Below the pieces are notes generated by a model. The model saw nothing but the letters and a program-made list of their open reading frames with translations. It had not been told where the DNA came from and searched no databases. Shown here in pieces: positions 14,811 through 19,855 of a stretch of 19,855 nt of DNA. The stretch lies in the IMG/VR virus record IMGVR_UViG_2795385714_000007; one strand, given 5' to 3'. The translations under genes and the position numbers were made by a program. This stretch comes from a virus. Lineage: Duplodnaviria; Heunggongvirae; Uroviricota; Caudoviricetes. The first letter of the stretch is position 1, and the number at the start of each line of letters is the position of its first letter.

Positions 14811-15184
14811 TCAGCCGGGCCGCTCGTCGGAACGATGCTGGGCGTGGTGTTGGTGTTGGCCGCTGCGAGCCCGCCACCCAACAGAATTGGGATGAGCGCC
14901 AGCCATGGCGCGATCTGGTCCTGAGTGAAGATGCCCCACCCGATGAGGAGGGTGGCACCGGTGCCTAGGACGGGGTACACCCAGCGCCGGAAGCCATCGG
15001 CGGTGTTGATGTGCGACAGGGTCGAGTCGAACACCGCAAGCAGCAGTGCGGCAACCAGATTCGCTTTGGTGGCCGTCAGAATTCCCATGGTGACCAGGAA
15101 GACGGCCAACCCGGGTATTGCGGTGTGTATGAAGGCGCGGAGATCACTCCACGTCTTGATGCCCAACAGTGAGGTGTCCTTCAT
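14807..15184 (-). CDS. Holin
   Basis: 125 aa with about four hydrophobic segments, located directly after lysB. Confidence 0.75.
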   Translation of the reverse strand: MKDTSLLGIKTWSDLRAFIHTAIPGLAVFLVTMGILTATKANLVAALLLAVFDSTLSHINTADGFRRWVYPVLGTGATLLIGWGIFTQDQIAPWLALIPILLGGGLAAANTNTTPSIVPTSGPAE

Positions 15185-15237
15185 GTCAAATCCCTTTCAA
15201 CAGTTGCGTTTACACAGTTGCTGGACAGGCCCGCCGA

Positions 15238-16404
15238 TTAGGCGGGGGTTTGGAGCTGGGCAGCGACGTCGAATTGGAATAGCTGGTCCCAGTTGGACCA
15301 TGTGCCCGGGAGCAGGACGAGGGTGCAGCCTTGCGGGGCCACGCGGCGGATGTTGGCGGCGGCATGGTCGACGGCAGTCATGCCGTCCCACAACGCATAT
15401 GCCGGGTCCCCGTACTTTCCGTGCGCGTTGGTGGCGATGAACTTGATGGCGTCGAACAGTAGGTACACCAGGTCTGGTAGCAGGGACAGCAGCTGCACGG
15501 GGTTGAGCAGCTGGCCGATGGTCCCTGCCGGGCCGGTCGTCATGAGTCCGGCGAGGCCGGACAGCGCGCCATGCAGGGGGTCGGCACTTGGGGCGAGGCC
15601 GAGTAGTTCCTGGAATGCCTGTTGCGGGAACTTTGTGAACAGGTAGATGGCGAAGTCCAGGGTCAGCTCGGCGCGGGTGAGGACCTGGTACAGCAGGAAC
15701 AGCAGGCCGCGGGCGCGCGGGTACCAGTCGCCGTCGATGGAGTACGACCAGTAGCGGTCCCGTACCCATTGTGGTTGCGGCAGTTTCGAGATGCCCTCGC
15801 CCGGGTCGTTTCCGAGCAGGCTTCCCTCGGCGGGCATGGATGGGTCACCGAAGGTGGTGACGCCGAGCACGAACTGGCGCCACTCCGGCGGCAGCGCAGT
15901 GAGGCACTTCTGCACGGAGACGCCGCCCATGGAGTAGCCGAGGAGCCAGATGTTGGCGCCCGCCATGGGCCGGTACAGGCGCATGAACTCGTCACGGAAC
16001 TGGTCAGTCGCCTTGTTGAAGCTGTGCGCGTCGGGTGGGTTGAGGAAGGCCCGCGAGTCTGCCCAGACTCCCTGGATCGGGTACTTGGACCTGTACACCG
16101 GCGCGACGTACGCGCCGATGGCCTTTCGCACCGCCAGGTTCGCGACGCCGTCGCCGCGGAGGGGCGTGGTGATACCCAGGCCGCGCAACCGCTCCACTTC
16201 GACAGGGTCGTTGTTCATGAAGCGGGTGATGTCCCGCACGGCCGCCGCGGTGCCGTCCGTGTAGCGGTCGTCCAGCACCACGCCGTGCTCCGCTGCGTGG
16301 CTGTTCTTCGGGTAGGCGTGCAGTAGCCGTCGCTCGATGTTGGTTACCTCTGGGCTGACGTCGCCGGGACCGTACCCGATCCATTTGCCGTCGGGGCCGT
16401 TCAC
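15238..16404 (-). CDS. lysB: Lysin B (mycolyl-arabinogalactan esterase, cutinase-like)
   Basis: GYSMGG nucleophile motif (GxSxG), 'FGDP', 'DWYP', and an N-terminal peptidoglycan-binding-like segment. Overlaps the lysA stop. Confidence 0.9.
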   Translation of the reverse strand: MNGPDGKWIGYGPGDVSPEVTNIERRLLHAYPKNSHAAEHGVVLDDRYTDGTAAAVRDITRFMNNDPVEVERLRGLGITTPLRGDGVANLAVRKAIGAYVAPVYRSKYPIQGVWADSRAFLNPPDAHSFNKATDQFRDEFMRLYRPMAGANIWLLGYSMGGVSVQKCLTALPPEWRQFVLGVTTFGDPSMPAEGSLLGNDPGEGISKLPQPQWVRDRYWSYSIDGDWYPRARGLLFLLYQVLTRAELTLDFAIYLFTKFPQQAFQELLGLAPSADPLHGALSGLAGLMTTGPAGTIGQLLNPVQLLSLLPDLVYLLFDAIKFIATNAHGKYGDPAYALWDGMTAVDHAAANIRRVAPQGCTLVLLPGTWSNWDQLFQFDVAAQLQTPA

Positions 16405-17696
16405 GGCTTTGCCCCGAGCTTGAACCCGGCCTTACCTGCGTCTGTCGACCCGGTGAGGTGGTCGCGAATCTCAGCGACTGCCTCGATGAGCGTCTGCCAT
16501 CCCAGCATCTCCCAGCGTCCGTTGATCTGCTGGAAGGTCTGCTTGTCGAAGTCCGCGGGTATCGCGGTTGGCGACGGGTCGGGCGGCTGGACCACGGGTG
16601 CCTCGCCTGGGAACTGGTATCCGGCCATGTCCTTGGCGACCTCGCCGCGGAACCAGCCCATGTCGATGTTGCCCGGGTCCCACTTCACGTTGGGTGCCGC
16701 GGTCGCATATTCCTTGTGGCCGATGACGCGGTCGGCGCCGTAGCCGAGCTTGGTGAGGACGGCGGCCGTGGCGTCGCGCATGGTGATGATCTGGGCGTCC
16801 GGCCACCGCTGCTGCTTGTCGAAGCTGCCGTCCGGCTGGATGGTCGGCCACGCGCATTCGAAGCCGATGAGCCGCTGGTTGCCGGTGTTGGCGGCGATGC
16901 CCGGGTATTTGCCGATCCCGGCGTGGTTGCAGGGGCCGACTGCGATGAGATGGCACTTGCCGTCTGGGGTGATGAGGCACTGCGACAGTGGCCCGGCAAG
17001 GTCGGAGCGTCCGTCGCGGATGCCTGCGACGGTCTCCCGGTCGTTGCCGGTGTGGTGGATCATCACGCCCCAGATGTCGCCCATCTGGCCGCCGGTGCCG
17101 CGGTCTTTCCAGCCTGCCTCTACGACCAGTCGGTCGCCGAGTGCTGCGCGTAGTACGTCTTCCAGCCAGACGGGGTCTCCTGTGTAGCCCACGTTGTCTC
17201 CTTCGGGTGGTGGTGTGGTTGCGAGGGCGCGGCGCACGACGTCCCACGCCTCGTCCCAGTGCTGCGCGTAGCGTTCGGGGTATGCCGATCCCTGGACGCG
17301 CTGGGCGAATTGGCCTGCCAGTGTCGGGTTTCCGGCGGCGGAGGTGTAGTCGCTGGAGAGTCGACTCAGGAAGAGGTCGGCGGACTGGGCCAGCGTCATG
17401 CGCTGTGCGGGTGTGCCCCACCATGGGGGGCGCTGTTGGAAGTAGCCGGATGAGTCCGCGTCATCGGATTCTGAGTCGTGGGGAAGCTGGAGGGTGTCGG
17501 GGTCTGATTGGTTTGCGGGGCACCACCATTGGCGGTTTCCGTCGTCATCGTCGGCTCCGACTTCGACGCCTACGGTCATGCAGGCGATGACGGTGGCTAG
17601 CTCGTCTAAGCCGCGTTGTAGTGCGACGGCGTGTATTTCACGTGCCACTTGTTCGCGGGAGCGCAGTGGGTGGTCTGCGAGCCAGGTGAAGGACAT
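16401..17696 (-). CDS. lysA: Lysin A: N-terminal lysozyme/SLT-like domain, amidase_2 domain, C-terminal binding region
   Basis: Amidase motifs 'VMIHHTG', 'NHAG', 'IGFEC', 'IGHKEY', 'KWDPG'. N-terminal 'SSGYFQQRPPWWG...AQRVQGSAYP'. Confidence 0.92.
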   Translation of the reverse strand: MSFTWLADHPLRSREQVAREIHAVALQRGLDELATVIACMTVGVEVGADDDDGNRQWWCPANQSDPDTLQLPHDSESDDADSSGYFQQRPPWWGTPAQRMTLAQSADLFLSRLSSDYTSAAGNPTLAGQFAQRVQGSAYPERYAQHWDEAWDVVRRALATTPPPEGDNVGYTGDPVWLEDVLRAALGDRLVVEAGWKDRGTGGQMGDIWGVMIHHTGNDRETVAGIRDGRSDLAGPLSQCLITPDGKCHLIAVGPCNHAGIGKYPGIAANTGNQRLIGFECAWPTIQPDGSFDKQQRWPDAQIITMRDATAAVLTKLGYGADRVIGHKEYATAAPNVKWDPGNIDMGWFRGEVAKDMAGYQFPGEAPVVQPPDPSPTAIPADFDKQTFQQINGRWEMLGWQTLIEAVAEIRDHLTGSTDAGKAGFKLGAKP

Positions 17697-17697
17697 G

Positions 17698-17832
17698 TCA
17701 GTAGCTCGCTTCCATGTCGTGCTTGGACTCGTATACGAACAGGGCGACGCCGAGTCCGATGCCGATGAGAGCGCCGGTGGCTATCCCGGCCAGAATGGCG
17801 AAGGTGTGAGAATGGGTCATCTGGCTTAACAT
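17698..17832 (-). CDS. 44-aa single-pass membrane protein (below the ORF-track cutoff)
   Basis: Hand translation: MLSQMTHSHTFAILAGIATGALIGIGLGVALFVYESKHDMEASY. Ends 1 bp before the lysA ATG. Confidence 0.55.
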   Translation of the reverse strand: MLSQMTHSHTFAILAGIATGALIGIGLGVALFVYESKHDMEASY

Positions 17833-17848
17833 GTTGTGCTCCAATGGT

Positions 17849-18046
17849 TTAAGGGAGGCGCCAGAGAACGAGGGCGCTGAATAGGACGGCGCGGCGGTGA
17901 GGCCACTTGGCTGTGGTGCCGCCGTGGATGGTGTGGTCGACGACGGGGCGTCCGCAGATCGGACACCGGTCCTCGACGTGGCCTTCGTTGAAGGCGGGGA
18001 GGTCTGTTCCGTACTCGTCGCAGAGGGCGAGCACTTCCCGTATCAC
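17849..18046 (-). CDS. Hypothetical protein with CPIC motif
   Basis: 65 aa. Start overlaps the upstream stop. Confidence 0.5.
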   Translation of the reverse strand: MIREVLALCDEYGTDLPAFNEGHVEDRCPICGRPVVDHTIHGGTTAKWPHRRAVLFSALVLWRLP

Positions 18047-18393
18047 AGTCCAGCGCGCCGCATTTCGTTGGTGACGAATAGATCGCCGTTCTTGATGGGG
18101 CGAATATCGACTACCGTTCGAATGTCGAATACCAGAGGGTGCTCGGGTTGGGACATACCCACCGGTGCGCCACCTGTCGGCTCCATCCAGTACGTGAAGA
18201 ACGGGTACCGGCCCGCGGGGGCGTGGACGACTGCCGAGCCCTCGATAGTGCCATTAGGGCTTGGCTGCCAGTCGATCTGGCCGCGGCGGTAATCCGGGTG
18301 CAGGGGTTCGCGGCCGTCTTCACCCGCCAGCCCGATGTAGACGGGCCACACGACGACGTGGAGTATTCCGTCGGCCTTGGCCGGGGCGGTCAC
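18043..18393 (-). CDS. Minor tail-associated protein (116 aa)
   Basis: GTG at 18393 overlaps the upstream stop (GTGA). 'DYRRGQIDW...GSAV' resembles the upstream gene product. Confidence 0.7.
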   Translation of the reverse strand: MTAPAKADGILHVVVWPVYIGLAGEDGREPLHPDYRRGQIDWQPSPNGTIEGSAVVHAPAGRYPFFTYWMEPTGGAPVGMSQPEHPLVFDIRTVVDIRPIKNGDLFVTNEMRRAGL

Positions 18394-18740
18394 GCGATCC
18401 CCAGCGAGGAGGTGAGAACCACGTTGCCCGGGGTTGAGAAGACAGCATTGGTGACGGGGCAGTTGTCGATCATGTTGGCGGCGCCGACGGCCGCCGTAGA
18501 CGCCAGGATGGCGTGGGTAATGGTGGACGCCGGGACGGGGATGGTTACCGCGGAGCCCGTTACATTGCCGCCAGAGCCTGATGTCCAAGTAGTTTGGGCG
18601 CGGGCGTAGCCGCCTCCGGTCGACTCGTTGGAGGGCGTCTGCGTGGTGCCGGGTGCGCCGGTCGCGCACCCAATCCAGTTGCCAAGAGCCTTCCAGGCGT
18701 CGGCCAGGGATTGCCGGGTCTGGGGTACTTGAATTGCCAT
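18390..18740 (-). CDS. Minor tail protein (116 aa)
   Basis: ATG at 18740 with AGGAGG SD. 'ESTGGGYARAQTTW' motif is typical of mycobacteriophage minor tail proteins. Confidence 0.75.
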   Translation of the reverse strand: MAIQVPQTRQSLADAWKALGNWIGCATGAPGTTQTPSNESTGGGYARAQTTWTSGSGGNVTGSAVTIPVPASTITHAILASTAAVGAANMIDNCPVTNAVFSTPGNVVLTSSLGIA

Positions 18741-18748
18741 AGGGCCTC

Positions 18749-19855
18749 CTATTGCCTTGCGTAGAAGTGGGCTTCGCCGCGGGCACCCGCGTTGCCGTTG
18801 CTGAAAGCGCCGCCGCCCTTGCCGCCGGACCCCGGTGCTGCGCCGTCGCCGGTGCCGCCGGTGTAGGTCTGGCCGTTGAGGGAGACGTCGCGGTTGGAGT
18901 TGGCGTTGCCGCCGCCGACGGGGTCGCCGGACTGAGTGCCTATGCCGCCTCGGCCGGTTGCGCCAGGTGCGGTAACGAGGGTGGAGCCGTTGACGATGCC
19001 GGTTGTGGGGCCGCCGTTTCCGCCGTTGCCGCCGCCGGTGCCTGCTGTGCCGCCCACCCCGATTGAGCCGGTGATCTGTGTGGCCGTCCATGGGAAATCG
19101 ACGCCGCGCTCCCAGGTTCCGTACACCCATTGGCCGCCGTCGCCGCCCTGTGCGGGGGTGAAGGAGAATTGGGCGCCGCCACCGCCGCCACCACCGGGCA
19201 GGTACGCGTAGTCGATGTAGCGGCACCAGTACGGGATGTTGTAGGTGTAGGCACCGGTGGTGGTGATGTCGGTACGGGCCGGGGCCATCACCGGGAATGC
19301 GGCTCCGCACGCGAAGGTGCCGGTTGCGGCGAATGCCGCACCTAATTGGTACTTCTGGGCCACCTGGACGGCCAGTGTGCCTGCACCGGCGAGGGCCGCG
19401 CCCAGCGCGTATGCCTGGGCCACTTGCGCCGCCAGCGTGCCCGCGCCGCCAAAGGCTGCGGGCCGCGTGAACTGTTGGAGTAGTTGTGCCGACAGTGTGC
19501 CTGCACCGGCAAGTTGGGCTAGACGGTCCAGGCGGACTCGCGCGTCTACTGACATGTTGCCTGTACCGGCCATGGCCGCTGCGCGCTGGTAAAGCTGCCG
19601 GACATCGGCGGCTAGTGCGCCAGCTCCGCTGAATTCCGCTGCCCGGTCGTATATCTGGGATACTGCGGCGGCGAGTGTGCCTGCACCCGCCATGTCGGCA
19701 CCGACGGTGTATACCTGTGCGACCTCGGCGGCCATGGTGCCCTCAGCGTGCAGGACCGCGGTCCGATCTGGTATCCAGAACCAGCCCGTGACCGCCTCTG
19801 GTGGTTCAGACGGTGGGGGTTCTTTCCACCAACCCAGCTGTGGCTCCGTAGTTTC
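18749..19855 (-). CDS. Glycine-rich minor tail protein, 5'-partial
   Basis: The frame stays open from 19735 to the window edge (ETTEPQLGWWKEPPP...). GGGGGG and Gly-rich C-terminal domain. Confidence 0.85.
   Translation of the reverse strand, partial: ETTEPQLGWWKEPPPSEPPEAVTGWFWIPDRTAVLHAEGTMAAEVAQVYTVGADMAGAGTLAAAVSQIYDRAAEFSGAGALAADVRQLYQRAAAMAGTGNMSVDARVRLDRLAQLAGAGTLSAQLLQQFTRPAAFGGAGTLAAQVAQAYALGAALAGAGTLAVQVAQKYQLGAAFAATGTFACGAAFPVMAPARTDITTTGAYTYNIPYWCRYIDYAYLPGGGGGGGAQFSFTPAQGGDGGQWVYGTWERGVDFPWTATQITGSIGVGGTAGTGGGNGGNGGPTTGIVNGSTLVTAPGATGRGGIGTQSGDPVGGGNANSNRDVSLNGQTYTGGTGDGAAPGSGGKGGGAFSNGNAGARGEAHFYARQ
19310..19729 (-). repeat. Seven tandem 60-bp (20-aa) repeats in the tail gene
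   Basis: Consensus about AxVxQxYxxxAxhAGAGTLA. DNA motif similar to agtgtgcctgcacc recurs at exact 60-bp spacing (19374, 19434, 19494, 19554, 19614, 19674). Confidence 0.85.

Larger units (their letters stand above)
6888..19855. mobile_element. Temperate mycobacteriophage (siphovirus) segment: tail, lysis and accessory genes
   Basis: Minor tail proteins, lysA/lysB/holin, toxin cassette and a recombinase next to att. Confidence 0.9.

Noticed and set aside
15622-17590. Several 200-317-aa ORFs overlapping lysA/lysB
   Set aside because: Off-frame or antisense to well-supported lysin genes, with Arg-rich low-complexity translations.
18043-19310. 247-aa and 306-aa ORFs in the tail region
   Set aside because: Each joins an off-frame reading of the upstream gene to a real downstream gene. 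The real starts are 18393 and 18740.
18749-19855. Diversity-generating retroelement target in the tail gene
   Set aside because: No reverse transcriptase and no adenine-specific template/variable repeat pair is visible in the window.

Overview
High-GC actinobacterial DNA, most consistent with Mycobacterium/Mycobacteroides (inferred from LysB, a WhiB homolog, type VII secretion substrates and the tRNA fragment). The window is entirely mobile DNA, split by a 37-bp att core at 6888-6924 (3' half of a tRNA-Arg-like gene, minus strand). Left of att (1-6887) is a compact module that looks like a phage satellite (PICI-like): tyrosine integrase, XRE repressor and a divergent operon (55-aa excisionase missing from the ORF track, wHTH replication initiator with internal iterons, a stand-alone copy of the initiator's C-terminal Cys/His domain, WhiB, HTH, two unknowns), followed by a toxin-antitoxin-like gene pair. 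Right of att is a temperate siphovirus segment: minor tail genes, lysis cassette (lysA, lysB, holin, DUF2746-like), a small HTH, an ESX-secreted polymorphic toxin cassette (small ESX-substrate-like protein, WXG toxin with a Tde1/Ntox15-like HxxD tip, GAD-like/DUF1851 immunity), a lipoprotein, a DUF932-like gene and a second, Xer-sized tyrosine recombinase. The most notable unexplained signal is a 16-bp palindrome (GTATAG-N4-CTATAC) in three sigmaA-like promoters, which suggests a mini-regulon run by the 73-aa HTH. All family calls come from motif recognition by eye; no searches were run. An alternative reading is that the att core is attP of a single non-integrated phage and the left module is its early region. 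This cannot be excluded from the window alone.
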